A stretch of DNA of 64,000 nucleotides from an uncultured Actinomycetota bacterium (lineage in GTDB: Bacteria > Actinomycetota > Geothermincolia > Geothermincolales > RBG-13-55-18): contig CAZGWK010000013.1 of NCBI GenBank assembly GCA_964529285.1, forward strand, positions 4,468 to 68,467. Reading direction: 5' to 3'. Every line of letters begins with the position of its first letter. Position 1 is the first letter of the stretch. The translations under genes were made by a program, and so were the position numbers. A model generated the notes under the pieces. That model did no database searches and had not been told where the DNA came from. It saw only the letters and a program-made list of their open reading frames with translations. Of the stretch, positions 19,330-28,524 are shown in pieces.

Positions 19330-19359
19330 GTAAGCCATTAATCACAATATATGATTATG
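19316..19359. promoter_or_regulatory. Inverted repeat CATAATgAT ... ATcATTATG (9-bp arms) overlapping the -10 and transcription start. Candidate TetR operator.
   Basis: Arms at 19316-19324 and 19351-19359 with 8 of 9 complementary positions. It lies between the promoter and the TetR start codon at 19379. Confidence 0.35.
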
Positions 19360-19378
19360 TATTTACTCTGGGGAAGAT

Positions 19379-19990
19379 ATGAGCATCGTCGATAAAGCGA
19401 AAGAGAGATACGAACAGTACGAGCAGCAGCGTAAAAGGATAATACAGGCCGCAATAAAGGTCTTCGGAGAGACGAACTACGATGTTGGTACCATGGCCAT
19501 GGTCGCAGAGGAGGCGGGCATCTCCGAAGCCATGCTCTACAAACATTTCGACGGCAAGAAAGAGCTCTTCGTAACCTGTTTTCATGAGATAGTCGATGAA
19601 CTGATGTCGCTATACAGGGAATGCTACGCAAGAAACAGGGATGACCCACTGGGATACCTGGAAGACAGTGGCGTGGCGTACCTCAACTACATAAAGTCCT
19701 CCGCCGGTGGCTCCAAGTATTTCTCCCATCTCCTGAGCAGCACCTATGATCCCGAGCTTAAGAAGCCCTTGGTGGATTATTTCAAGGCCAGCGTGGGTAC
19801 GGTAAAGAAAGCGCTGGATCGCGCAAAGGAAGCCGGCGATCTGGGCAAGGACGTGGACACCGAGCTCCTGGCTTGGGATTACGTGGGACAGTATTATGGC
19901 CTCATCCTGGCCAGGGAAATGGATATCAAACCCATGCTCGACGAGAGCAGGATACGCGCCTTCATGAGGGCGATGTTCGGCAGAAAATAA
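19379..19990 (+). CDS. TetR/AcrR-family transcriptional regulator.
   Basis: An N-terminal HTH (TNYDVGTMAMVAEEAGISEAMLYKHF) and a ~200-aa all-helical length. Confidence 0.8.
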   Translation: MSIVDKAKERYEQYEQQRKRIIQAAIKVFGETNYDVGTMAMVAEEAGISEAMLYKHFDGKKELFVTCFHEIVDELMSLYRECYARNRDDPLGYLEDSGVAYLNYIKSSAGGSKYFSHLLSSTYDPELKKPLVDYFKASVGTVKKALDRAKEAGDLGKDVDTELLAWDYVGQYYGLILAREMDIKPMLDESRIRAFMRAMFGRK

Positions 19991-20123
19991 CTTGTAACCT
20001 GAACAGGGGTGATAGAAACCAGCGGCGGCTAAGAGCAGTTTTCTTACGCTCTTGTATAATCCATCGCTCACAGTTCGTGATTTTTCACTTATATAGAGTA
20101 TGCGTAACGAGAGGAGGAGAAAG

Positions 20124-21047
20124 ATGATCATCGACTGCCACGTACATATCTGGATTCCGGGGATGGTCCCCCTGGCCTACGAGGAAGGTTGTATCCGCAC
20201 CATGGTCATGGCGGCGGGTAGGGCCCTGGGGCAGAAGTTCACCTACGAACAGGGCAAGGAGATGCTCTACCCCATGCTCCAGGACGAGAAGGGCGAGAAA
20301 TATCTTGCCCACATGGACGAGGCGGGCATCGACAAGGCGGTGCTCTTCGGGGTGGACTTTGGGGAGGAGATGGGCGAGCCGGAGATCCCCATCTTCGAGA
20401 TGAACAGGATGTACGCGGAACTTTGCAAGGCCCACCCCGACCGCTTCGTCGCCCTCTGCGCCATCGATCCGCGCCGCAAGGGCGCAATGGATCACATAGT
20501 GCAGTGCATCGAGGAATGGGGCATGAAGGGGATCAAGCTCCACCCCTCCGCCGGCTTTAACCCCATGGACCCGGTGATGTATCCCGTTTACGAGAAATGC
20601 GCGGAGTGGGACCTGCCCCTGCTCCTCCATTCCGGGGCGCAGCCGGCGGCTCCGGTGGTGCTGGAGACGGCCCGCCCCGTGTGGATCGCGGAGGCGGCGA
20701 GCAGGTTCCCGGACACCAAGTTCATCGCCGCCCACTTCGGCATGGACTGGTGGCCCGAGGCCATCATGTTCGGCAGGCTGCTGCCCAACCTTTACTTCGA
20801 CTGCTCCTACTGGCAGCTCCTCTTCGGTCTGCACGCAGAGGAGTACTACTCACTGCTGCGCCGCTTTATCGACGATTGCGGCGCGGAGAAAGTGATGTGG
20901 GGCACGGATACCCCGCTTCCCAACGTGCTCGTGCCGCCCAAGGAATGGCTGGATATCCACACCAACCCCAGGACGGATATCGCCTTCACCCCCGAAGAGA
21001 TAAAGACCATCACCGAGGCAAACGCAGCGGAGCTCTTCAAGCTCTAG
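20124..21047 (+). CDS. Amidohydrolase_2 family metal-dependent hydrolase/decarboxylase (ACMSD / LigW / LigI-like TIM barrel).
   Basis: The N-terminus MIIDCHVHIW carries the HxH metal motif and follows a GAGGAGGAG Shine-Dalgarno. Later His/Asp ligands are present (LHPS, AAHFGMDWWPE). The ORF-track start at 20100 is less likely. Confidence 0.75.
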   Translation: MIIDCHVHIWIPGMVPLAYEEGCIRTMVMAAGRALGQKFTYEQGKEMLYPMLQDEKGEKYLAHMDEAGIDKAVLFGVDFGEEMGEPEIPIFEMNRMYAELCKAHPDRFVALCAIDPRRKGAMDHIVQCIEEWGMKGIKLHPSAGFNPMDPVMYPVYEKCAEWDLPLLLHSGAQPAAPVVLETARPVWIAEAASRFPDTKFIAAHFGMDWWPEAIMFGRLLPNLYFDCSYWQLLFGLHAEEYYSLLRRFIDDCGAEKVMWGTDTPLPNVLVPPKEWLDIHTNPRTDIAFTPEEIKTITEANAAELFKL

Positions 21048-21070
21048 GCAGGAGAAAGCGAGGCGCCAGT

Positions 21071-21538
21071 ATGGTTAACGAGGCAATCGTTGGAATGGAG
21101 TTCCCGCCCTTCGAGTTCATTATCGAGAAGGGTAAGATCAAGGAGTTCGCCAGGGCCCTGGGAGACAGGAACCCGGTCTACAGCGACGAGGAACTGGCCA
21201 GGAGCATGGGCTTCCGCTCCATCCCGGCGCCGCCGACCTACACCGCCTCTTTTCTGCATCATGTTCCCGACGAGAACTTCCTCCTCAACATGATGCAGGA
21301 GATGGGCATCTCCGTAGCCACCAGCGTGCACGGGGAATCGGAGTTCGAGTATCTCGCGCCTATATGCGCCGGGGACGTGCTGACCGTAAGGGTAAAGGTA
21401 AAGGACTACTATCAAAAGGAGGGCAAGCGCGGAGGGAAGATGAACTTCATCACCGTCGAATCCACTTATACCAACCAGGATGGCATGCTGGCGCAGAAGG
21501 ACCGCATGCTCTTCATCGAGCGCGAGTCGGCGGCGTGA
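21071..21538 (+). CDS. MaoC-like (R)-specific enoyl-CoA hydratase, hotdog-fold subunit 1.
   Basis: A ~155-aa hotdog-fold protein with the N-terminal-type motif FEFIIEKGKIKEFARALGDRNPVYSDEE. The ORF track merged it into an overlapping frame. The real ATG is at 21071. Confidence 0.75.
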   Translation: MVNEAIVGMEFPPFEFIIEKGKIKEFARALGDRNPVYSDEELARSMGFRSIPAPPTYTASFLHHVPDENFLLNMMQEMGISVATSVHGESEFEYLAPICAGDVLTVRVKVKDYYQKEGKRGGKMNFITVESTYTNQDGMLAQKDRMLFIERESAA

Positions 21539-21544
21539 GGGGGG

Positions 21545-21982
21545 ATGGCCATGCCTGTAGAGAAGCTTTTCTTCGAGGACGTGTCCGAGAGCGACGTGTC
21601 CCCGGAGCTCTCCCTCGAGGTCACCCGCACCCACATCGTCAAGTACGCAGGCGCGGGCGGCGATTTCAACCCCATCCATACCGACGAGACCTTCGCCACC
21701 GCCATAGGACTTCCCTCCGTCTTCGCCATGGGCCTGATGCAGGGAGGATACCTGGCACGCATGCTCACGGACTGGGTGGGCGCAGGAAACCTCCGGCTGT
21801 ACAAGATCCGCTTCACGGGGCAGGTGTGGCCGGGCGAGACCATCACCTGCAGGGGGAAGGTGGCGCGCAAGTATGAGCAGGCCGGCGAGAAGCTCGTCGA
21901 GTGTGAGCTCTCCGTCACCAACCAGTCGGGAGAGAGCAAGATCGAGGGCACGGCAGTGGCAGCCTTGCCGTCAAAGGAGTGA
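21545..21982 (+). CDS. MaoC-like dehydratase, hotdog-fold subunit 2 with catalytic motif.
   Basis: AGAGGDFNPIHTDETFA is the MaoC dehydratase active-site region. It is paired with the upstream hotdog gene in a HadAB/PhaJ-like two-subunit arrangement. Confidence 0.75.
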   Translation: MAMPVEKLFFEDVSESDVSPELSLEVTRTHIVKYAGAGGDFNPIHTDETFATAIGLPSVFAMGLMQGGYLARMLTDWVGAGNLRLYKIRFTGQVWPGETITCRGKVARKYEQAGEKLVECELSVTNQSGESKIEGTAVAALPSKE

Positions 21983-21985
21983 GCA

Positions 21986-23131
21986 ATGGATTTCGGTTTC
22001 TCGGACGAACAGAAGGCCTTCGCGAGATCGGTGCAGGAGTTCGCGGAGAAGGAGATAGCCCCCGGGGCGCGGGAGAGGGAGCAGACGGAGGAGTTCCCCC
22101 ACGATATATGGAAGAAGATGGCCGATTTCGGGCTGTTGGGCCTCCCGGTCCCCGAGGAGTACGGCGGCGGCGGTGCGGACGCGGTGACCACCACCCTGGC
22201 CAACGAGGTCTTCGCCCGCTACTGTCGGGACTTCGACCTCATGATCGAGTGGGGCTCGCACACCATGATCTGCGCCATGCCCATCGCCGTGCTGGGAAAC
22301 GAGGGGCAGAAGCGAAGGTACCTGCCGGACTTGTGCGAGGGCACCCGCATCGGCGCCTTCGCTCTCACCGAACCGGAGGCGGGCTCGGATGCCAGCGCCA
22401 TGAAGAGCAAGGCGGTGAGGGATGGTGATTCCTACGTCCTCAGCGGCAACAAGATATACATCTCCAACGCCCCCCACGCCGACACCTTCGTCACCTTCGC
22501 CAAGACGGCCGGTGAGGATGGAGGCGAGGGCATCTCCAGCTTCATCGTGGAGAGTTCATCCCCTGGTTTCGTGCGGGGCAAGCCCCTGAACCTGTATACA
22601 CCCTCGCTGGGCTCCGACGTGGGTGAGATAGCCTTCGACGACTGCCGCGTGCCGGCGGATAACCTCCTCGGGGTGGAGGGTCAGGGGTTCTACGCCATGC
22701 TCACCTCCCTGGGGTGGGAGAGGCTTGCCTTCGCCGGTTTCCTGGGCGCCATGGCCTGCAACCTCGAGGACTGCATCGCCTACGCCAAGGAACGGCAGGC
22801 CTTCGGCAAGCCCATCTCCAAGTTCCAGCTCATCCAGGCCAAGCTGGCGGACATGGCGGTGGACCTGGAAGCAGCACGCTTGCTCACTTACAAGCTGGCC
22901 TGGATGTTCGACACCGGACAGGTCATCCACCTGCAGGCGGCCATAGCCAAGCTCTTCACCACCGAGGCCGCGCTGCGCAACGCGCTGGAGGCCATCCAGG
23001 TCTTCGGGGGGTACGGCTGCATGACCGACGAGAACGTCGGTCGTACCCTGTGGCCAGCCAAGGCCTCGGTGATAGGCGGGGGGACCTCGGAGATACAGCG
23101 CATCTTCATCGCCAGGATGCTGCTGCGTTAG
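21986..23131 (+). CDS. Acyl-CoA dehydrogenase.
   Basis: MDFGFSDEQKAFARSVQEFAEKE at the N-terminus, ~380 aa, a conserved central beta-domain, and a C-terminal catalytic Glu region (IFGGYGCMTDENVGRTLWPAKASVIGGGTSEIQ). Confidence 0.85.
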   Translation: MDFGFSDEQKAFARSVQEFAEKEIAPGAREREQTEEFPHDIWKKMADFGLLGLPVPEEYGGGGADAVTTTLANEVFARYCRDFDLMIEWGSHTMICAMPIAVLGNEGQKRRYLPDLCEGTRIGAFALTEPEAGSDASAMKSKAVRDGDSYVLSGNKIYISNAPHADTFVTFAKTAGEDGGEGISSFIVESSSPGFVRGKPLNLYTPSLGSDVGEIAFDDCRVPADNLLGVEGQGFYAMLTSLGWERLAFAGFLGAMACNLEDCIAYAKERQAFGKPISKFQLIQAKLADMAVDLEAARLLTYKLAWMFDTGQVIHLQAAIAKLFTTEAALRNALEAIQVFGGYGCMTDENVGRTLWPAKASVIGGGTSEIQRIFIARMLLR

Positions 23132-23215
23132 AGGCGGATTAATACGGTGTATGAATCGAAGGATATCGCCGCGAAGGGATACTTCCGCGTGATAAGGGAG
23201 GGGTGAGACTAAAAA

Positions 23216-24763
23216 ATGGATATGTGGAGCATCATGAAGAGGGGCTTCATGTACAGACCCGACAGGGACTGTGCCATCTGCGCTGAGAAGCGGGTTACCT
23301 ACCGGGAGTTCGAGAAGCGCATCAACCGCCTGGCGAACGTGCTTTACGGCTTGGGACTGCAGAAGGGCGACCGGGTATCGGTTCTGGCCGAGAATTCCAT
23401 GATGGCCAAGGAAGCCATGATCGGCATCGAAAAATGCGGCCTTGTCTGGGCGCCGCTCAACTTCCGGCACGTTCCGGCGGAGCACGTTTACCATCTAAAC
23501 AACGCCGGATCCAGGGCCGTTATCATGCAGCAGCAGTTCGCCGAGGGCATCGCCTCGGTGCGGGACGAGCTGGAGACGGTGGAGCACTTCATCGTGGACG
23601 GAGAGCGCTGCGGTGGCATGGAGTCCTACGAGGAGCTCATGGCCAGGGCCAGCGCCAAGCATACCGCGGTCGATATTGACGAGGAAGACCCGGTGGCGCT
23701 CATGTACACCTCCGGCACCACCGGCAAGCCCAAGGGGGTGCTGCACACCCACAAGAGCTTCGGCGCCCTGGCCACCTTCGCGGCCATCGAGCTGGGAATA
23801 CAGGACAGCGACGTGGTCATCTACGTGGCCCCCATCAACCACGGCGCGGGCATACTGCTCCCGCCCCACCTCATGATGGGGGTGCCCAACATCCTCATAG
23901 CCCACCTGGACGTGGACTACATCCTGGACGTCATCCAGAAGGAAGGGGTTACCACTATGTGGCTGGCTCCCACCATCATCTACTTCCTCCTGGCTTATCC
24001 CAATCGGGCCAATTTCGACCTCTCCTCGCTGAGGTCGCTTCCCTATTCATCGGCCCCCATAGCGGTGGAGAGACTGAAGGAGGCGCTCGATGTCTTCGGG
24101 CCCGTCTTCGCCCAGGCCTACGGGCTGGTGGAGTGCCCCGTGATCAGCATGTTGTCCAGGGACGACCACGTGATCGGGGGCAGCGAGGAACAGACCAGGA
24201 GATTGGGGTCGGCGGGAAGGGAGATCATCTACACCCGGGTGCGCGTGGTCGACGACGACGGCAACGAGCTGCCCCCCGGTGAGACGGGGGAGATCATCGT
24301 GAACAGCCCCCTGGTGATGAAGGAGTACTGGCGGGATCCCGAGGCAACGGCGCAGGCGCTCAGGGAGGGGTGGCTGTACACGGGGGACGTGGGCTACCTG
24401 GACGACGACGGCTACCTCTTCATCGCCGACCGCCTCAAGGACATGATTATCACCGGGGGATACAACGTATACCCCAAGGAGGTGGAGAACGCCATCTTCA
24501 AGCACGCGGCGGTTCTCGAGGCAGCGGTTATCGGCGTCCCAGACGAGACCTGGGGGGAGTCGGTGAAGGCCTTCGTGGTGCCCAAGCCGGGCATGCAGGC
24601 CACTGAGGAGGAGATAATCGCCCTGTGCAGGGACAACCTCGCTTCGTATAAGAAGCCCAAATCGGTGGAGTTAGTCGATGCCCTGCCCAAGAACATGGCG
24701 GGCAAGATCCTCAAGACGGAGCTGCGCGCCCCCTACTGGGAGGGCAGGGAGCGCCAGGTTTGA
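23216..24763 (+). CDS. AMP-dependent acyl-CoA synthetase/ligase.
   Basis: The AMP-binding motif I LMYTSGTTGKPKGV, a YGLVE motif, and motif III GEIIVNSP...YW...GWLYTGDVGYLDDDGYLFIADRLKDMII. Confidence 0.85.
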   Translation: MDMWSIMKRGFMYRPDRDCAICAEKRVTYREFEKRINRLANVLYGLGLQKGDRVSVLAENSMMAKEAMIGIEKCGLVWAPLNFRHVPAEHVYHLNNAGSRAVIMQQQFAEGIASVRDELETVEHFIVDGERCGGMESYEELMARASAKHTAVDIDEEDPVALMYTSGTTGKPKGVLHTHKSFGALATFAAIELGIQDSDVVIYVAPINHGAGILLPPHLMMGVPNILIAHLDVDYILDVIQKEGVTTMWLAPTIIYFLLAYPNRANFDLSSLRSLPYSSAPIAVERLKEALDVFGPVFAQAYGLVECPVISMLSRDDHVIGGSEEQTRRLGSAGREIIYTRVRVVDDDGNELPPGETGEIIVNSPLVMKEYWRDPEATAQALREGWLYTGDVGYLDDDGYLFIADRLKDMIITGGYNVYPKEVENAIFKHAAVLEAAVIGVPDETWGESVKAFVVPKPGMQATEEEIIALCRDNLASYKKPKSVELVDALPKNMAGKILKTELRAPYWEGRERQV

Positions 24764-24805
24764 CGGACCCGAGTCAATGGGATGGAGAGAAAGGGGAATG
24801 CCGTA

Positions 24806-26095
24806 ATGTCCAAATACGACGCTTTGTTCGAGCCCATTACCCTCAAGAACGTGGAGCTCAAGAACCGCATTGCCATGGCGCCGATGAACGTCTGTTTCAC
24901 CGGCCCCAATCACATGGTCAGTAAACAGCAGACCGCATACTACGCCGCACGCGCCATGGGTGGGGCGGGGTTGATCATCATCGAGGCGGTGGGGGGCACC
25001 GACCACGAAACGGTCAAGACCTACGAGGCGCACAACAACCTCATGCTGGTCTACCCCTACCAGGCGGCTGACCATTCGGAACTGGTGGAGACTATCCATA
25101 CCCACGGAGCGAAGGTGATGTGCCAGATCGCCCCGGGAGCCGGCCGCCAGGGGAGCTCGGAATATTCCGGCGTCCAGCCCGTAGCCCCCTCTCCCATTCC
25201 CTGGGCACCCCAGGAGGAGATGATGCCCAAGGGCGTGAAGATGGAGGACATGGCGAAGATGATGGGGCTGTTGGGGGGATCGTCGACCCTGGTGCCCGAG
25301 ACGCCCCGCGAGCTGAGGAAGGACGAGATAGCGGTGCTCGCGGAGGACATGGGCAAGTCGTCCCGCCTGGCCAGGATCGCCGGCTACGACGGGGTGGAGC
25401 TGCATGCCCCCCACGGCTACCTGCTGCACGAGTTCCTCTCGCCCCGCTCCAACAAGCGAGATGACGAATACGGGGGTTCCCTGGAGAACCGGGCCCGTTT
25501 CATGTGTGAGTGTATAAAGAACATGCGCCAGGCAGTGGGCGATGAATACCTGGTAACGGTGAGGATCAGTGCCGATGAGCACCAGGAGGACGGCTTCCAC
25601 GTTGAGGAAACCATCGAGTTTGCCAAACTGGCCATCCAGGCGGGGGCGGACGGCCTCCACCTCTCCGACGGTTCCTACGAGTCCATGCGCTATTTCCTCC
25701 CCGATACCGACGGGCAGGTGGTTGAAGAGTCCGGGATCATAAAGGCCGGCATAAGAGAGGGATTGGGCGATGACTATCCGGTCATATGCCCCTCGGTGCA
25801 CGATCCCGACCTGGCGGCCGAGAGCGTTGCCTCGGGCAAGGCGGACATCATCTCCCAGGGACGGGCCCTCATCGCCGACCCCGAGTGGCCCAACAAGGTC
25901 AGAGAGGGGAAGGTTGAAGATATTGTGAGGTGCACCCGCTGCAACAAGGGGTGCATCCAGCGCTTCGTCCTGGGCCTCCCATCCCGCTGCGTGCTCAATC
26001 CCGAGATGGGACAGGAACAGTACATAGAGAAGTACAACACCAGGCAGCTGCTGCCCTTGCAGGAGAGGGTCTGGAAGATACCCAAAGAGATCTGA
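24806..26095 (+). CDS. NADH:flavin oxidoreductase, Old Yellow Enzyme family (ene-reductase / 2,4-dienoyl-CoA reductase-like FMN domain).
   Basis: LKNRIAMAPMNVCFTG at the N-terminus, the HGAKVMCQI and ELHAPHGYLLHEFLSPRSNKRDDEYGGSLENRARF OYE signatures, and the TIM-barrel FMN-binding pattern. The start at 24806 (MSKYDALF) versus 24782 is uncertain. Confidence 0.75.
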   Translation: MSKYDALFEPITLKNVELKNRIAMAPMNVCFTGPNHMVSKQQTAYYAARAMGGAGLIIIEAVGGTDHETVKTYEAHNNLMLVYPYQAADHSELVETIHTHGAKVMCQIAPGAGRQGSSEYSGVQPVAPSPIPWAPQEEMMPKGVKMEDMAKMMGLLGGSSTLVPETPRELRKDEIAVLAEDMGKSSRLARIAGYDGVELHAPHGYLLHEFLSPRSNKRDDEYGGSLENRARFMCECIKNMRQAVGDEYLVTVRISADEHQEDGFHVEETIEFAKLAIQAGADGLHLSDGSYESMRYFLPDTDGQVVEESGIIKAGIREGLGDDYPVICPSVHDPDLAAESVASGKADIISQGRALIADPEWPNKVREGKVEDIVRCTRCNKGCIQRFVLGLPSRCVLNPEMGQEQYIEKYNTRQLLPLQERVWKIPKEI

Positions 26096-26221
26096 AAGTC
26101 GACTGCCAATGCATGTTAAGAAGACGAGACGATATGCGCGCCGGATATGCAGGAGAGGGTAATGATCGGACTGCTGGCGGCGACGGCAGGCAGTCTGGCA
26201 CGCTGAAGGAGGGCTGAAAGT

Positions 26222-27406
26222 ATGGATAGTATTAGAGGCAAAACGGCCATCGTGGGCATAGGCGAGATACCCACCGGCATCTACCCGGAGAGGTCTTTCA
26301 TCGAACAGGCGGTAGCGGTCGGCGAGATGGCCATACGGGACGCGGGTATCGACAAGGAGGAGATCGACACCGTGATCCCCATCATCGCCGTGGCCAACCC
26401 CATAGACAACGCCAACCTGGTCTGTTCCTGGCTGGTGGAGGAGATGGGGATGGGAAAGACCTGCAAGGCAAATTTCGTCTGTGCCTCCGGCGGGTCGAGT
26501 TCCTCCAACTCCCTCAAGACCGCCATGGGGATGATCGTCTCCGGGCTGTCCGAGGCGGTGCTGGTGGTGCACACCGACAAGCTGGGGACGGGCCTGGACA
26601 TGGGAGCGGCCATCGCCCAGTTCGCGGTGGTCTCCATGAGCCAGGAGTACGAGATCCCTTACGGTTTCAGCCAGCTCGCCCTGGCGGGGTTCCTGCAGCA
26701 GCGCTACATGTACGACACCGGCACCACGGAGAGGCAGATAGCAAGCGTAGTAGAGACCCTGCGCAAGTGGGCGGCGCTCAATCCCAATGCCATGCTGCGC
26801 GAGTTGAGGACCGCCGACGATGTGCTGGCCTCCAAGATGATCTCCGCCCCGGTGAGGAAAAGGATGATGAACAAGCTGGCCGACGGCGCCTCTGCCTTCA
26901 TCGTCACCAGCGCGGAGAGGGCCCGGCAACTCAGCGACCGGCCGGCCTACATCCTGGGGGTGGGCTCCCGCTGTACCAACTTCACCGCCACCGAGGGACA
27001 GGGTGATTTCTACCAGACCTGGACTCCGGCGGCGGATGATGCCTTCGCCATGGCGGGCATCGGACGCGAGGACATCGACGTGGCGGAACTCTACGATGCC
27101 TTTCCCACCTTCATCCTCATCTCCATGGAACTTGTCGGGTTGTGCAAGAGAGGCACGGCGGGGGTTTTCTTCGAGGAAGGCAGCGCCGCGCCGGGAGGAA
27201 AACTCCCGGTGACCACCAACGGCGGCATGATGGCCCAGGGCCACACCGGCGCCGGTGGCGGCGTGGCGGTGCTGGTCGAGGCGGCCCGCCAGGTTATGGG
27301 CAAGGCGGGGGAGCGGCAGGTGCCGGACGTGAAATATGCCCTGGATACGGCCTCAGGAGGCATCGGTATGGACTTCCACGTCGGCATACTGGGAAGCGAG
27401 GTGTGA
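26222..27406 (+). CDS. Thiolase-like protein of the SCP-x / lipid-transfer (Ltp) type, the kind that partners with DUF35 proteins.
   Basis: The thiolase nucleophile region NFVCASGGSS, a C-terminal GGMMAQGHTGAGGGV loop, and no classic biosynthetic thiolase signature. A DUF35 gene follows immediately. Confidence 0.8.
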   Translation: MDSIRGKTAIVGIGEIPTGIYPERSFIEQAVAVGEMAIRDAGIDKEEIDTVIPIIAVANPIDNANLVCSWLVEEMGMGKTCKANFVCASGGSSSSNSLKTAMGMIVSGLSEAVLVVHTDKLGTGLDMGAAIAQFAVVSMSQEYEIPYGFSQLALAGFLQQRYMYDTGTTERQIASVVETLRKWAALNPNAMLRELRTADDVLASKMISAPVRKRMMNKLADGASAFIVTSAERARQLSDRPAYILGVGSRCTNFTATEGQGDFYQTWTPAADDAFAMAGIGREDIDVAELYDAFPTFILISMELVGLCKRGTAGVFFEEGSAAPGGKLPVTTNGGMMAQGHTGAGGGVAVLVEAARQVMGKAGERQVPDVKYALDTASGGIGMDFHVGILGSEV

Positions 27407-27409
27407 GAG

Positions 27410-27823
27410 ATGAACGAATATAACCTGCCGCTGCCGCTGATAACCACCCTGAGCAAGGTCTTCTGGGACGGGTGCAGGGAGAACAAGCTTCTCTACCAGC
27501 ACTGCAGGGACTGCGGGAGGGTCATCTTCTTCCCCAAACACCTCTGCCCGGACTGCATGGGCCACGACCTTGAATGGCTGGAGTCCAAGGGAAAAGGAGT
27601 GATCGACACCTTCACCGTGACCTACGAGGGCGCGCCGCCCGCCTTCATGGGGGTGACCCCCTACTGCGTGGCCGTCATCCGCATGGACGAGGGCTACCGC
27701 ATGATGAGCAACATCATCGACTGCGACTTTGAGGAACTCGAGTGCGAGATGCCCGTAGAGGTAATCTTCCAGCCGGTGACGGAGGAGATCACCCTCCCTA
27801 AGTTCCGGCCCGCAAAGTGCTAA
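27410..27823 (+). CDS. DUF35 OB-fold / zinc-ribbon protein (thiolase partner subunit).
   Basis: A CxxC...CxxC rubredoxin-like ribbon (HCRDCGRVIFFPKHLCPDCMG) followed by an OB-fold. It starts 4 nt after the thiolase stop. Confidence 0.8.
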   Translation: MNEYNLPLPLITTLSKVFWDGCRENKLLYQHCRDCGRVIFFPKHLCPDCMGHDLEWLESKGKGVIDTFTVTYEGAPPAFMGVTPYCVAVIRMDEGYRMMSNIIDCDFEELECEMPVEVIFQPVTEEITLPKFRPAKC

Positions 27824-27856
27824 TGGTCTACGTTGCGATAGAAAGGGGAATTCATA

Positions 27857-28513
27857 GTGCATGAGGGAGATACGAGCAAGCTGTTTTTGCTGACCCAAGC
27901 CGTTGCCGCCTTGGAGGAGGACGACCTCAATGATCTCCTTGAAGGTCTTATCTCCGTTGCAACACCTCCACTGGAGATAATCAACGCTCTCTCGAGGGGT
28001 ATGGAAAAAGTTGGAGCGATGTACGATGGAGGTATATATTTTCTTTCGGAACTGATCTTCTCGGGGGAGATATTCAAGGAGGCCATGGGCAGAATCAAGC
28101 CTCTCCTGGAAGATGAAGGGTGCGGGGAATCCATGGGTAAGGTGCTCATGGGAACGGTAAGAGGGGATATACACGACCTGGGCAAAAACATTGTAATAGT
28201 CCTTCTGGAGTGCGCGGGCTATGAGGTGATCGATCTCGGTGTGGACGTACCGCCCGAGGTTTTTGTTCAGGCCCTCAAAGACGATTCTATAACCCTGGTC
28301 GGGATGAGCTCATTGCTGACAACCGCTTTTGAGGCCATGGAGCAGACAGTCGAGGCTGTTTGTGAGGCGGGCTTGAGAGATGACGTAAGGATCATGATTG
28401 GTGGCGGGTCGACCAGCGACATGCTGAAGGAGAAGATCGGGGCCGACTTCTTCGGTAAGAACGCCACGGCGGCAGTTGAATTCGCAAACATGGTTTACGG
28501 GAAACAGCGGTGA
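27857..28513 (+). CDS. Cobalamin-binding corrinoid protein of a methyltransferase system (MtaC/MtbC-like).
   Basis: An N-terminal helical cap followed by the B12-binding Rossmann domain with the D-x-H-x-x-G motif (GDIHDLGKNIV) and a GG(G/S)xS region (IGGGSTS). It starts at a GTG with GAAAGGGGA 7 nt upstream. Confidence 0.8.
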   Translation: MHEGDTSKLFLLTQAVAALEEDDLNDLLEGLISVATPPLEIINALSRGMEKVGAMYDGGIYFLSELIFSGEIFKEAMGRIKPLLEDEGCGESMGKVLMGTVRGDIHDLGKNIVIVLLECAGYEVIDLGVDVPPEVFVQALKDDSITLVGMSSLLTTAFEAMEQTVEAVCEAGLRDDVRIMIGGGSTSDMLKEKIGADFFGKNATAAVEFANMVYGKQR

Positions 28514-28524
28514 AGGTGGCACCC

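Noticed and set aside
21071-21982. Possibility that the two adjacent hotdog (MaoC) ORFs are one gene split by a frameshift.
   Set aside because: Each ORF has its own stop codon, a short spacer with a Shine-Dalgarno-like GGGGGG, and its own ATG. Two-subunit hotdog hydratases (HadAB-like) are a known arrangement. No frameshift needs to be invoked.
24671-27244. Very long antisense ORFs (for example an 857-aa minus-strand ORF at 24671-27244, 677 aa at 58157-60190, 625 aa at 40036-41913, 616 aa at 43085-44935, 380 aa at 7889-9031, 292 aa at 10408-11286).
   Set aside because: They lie entirely opposite well-supported genes with recognizable motifs. They are Arg/Gly/Pro/His-rich, as expected for shadow frames in GC-rich DNA, and have no Shine-Dalgarno and no recognizable domains. 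They are treated as non-coding artefacts.
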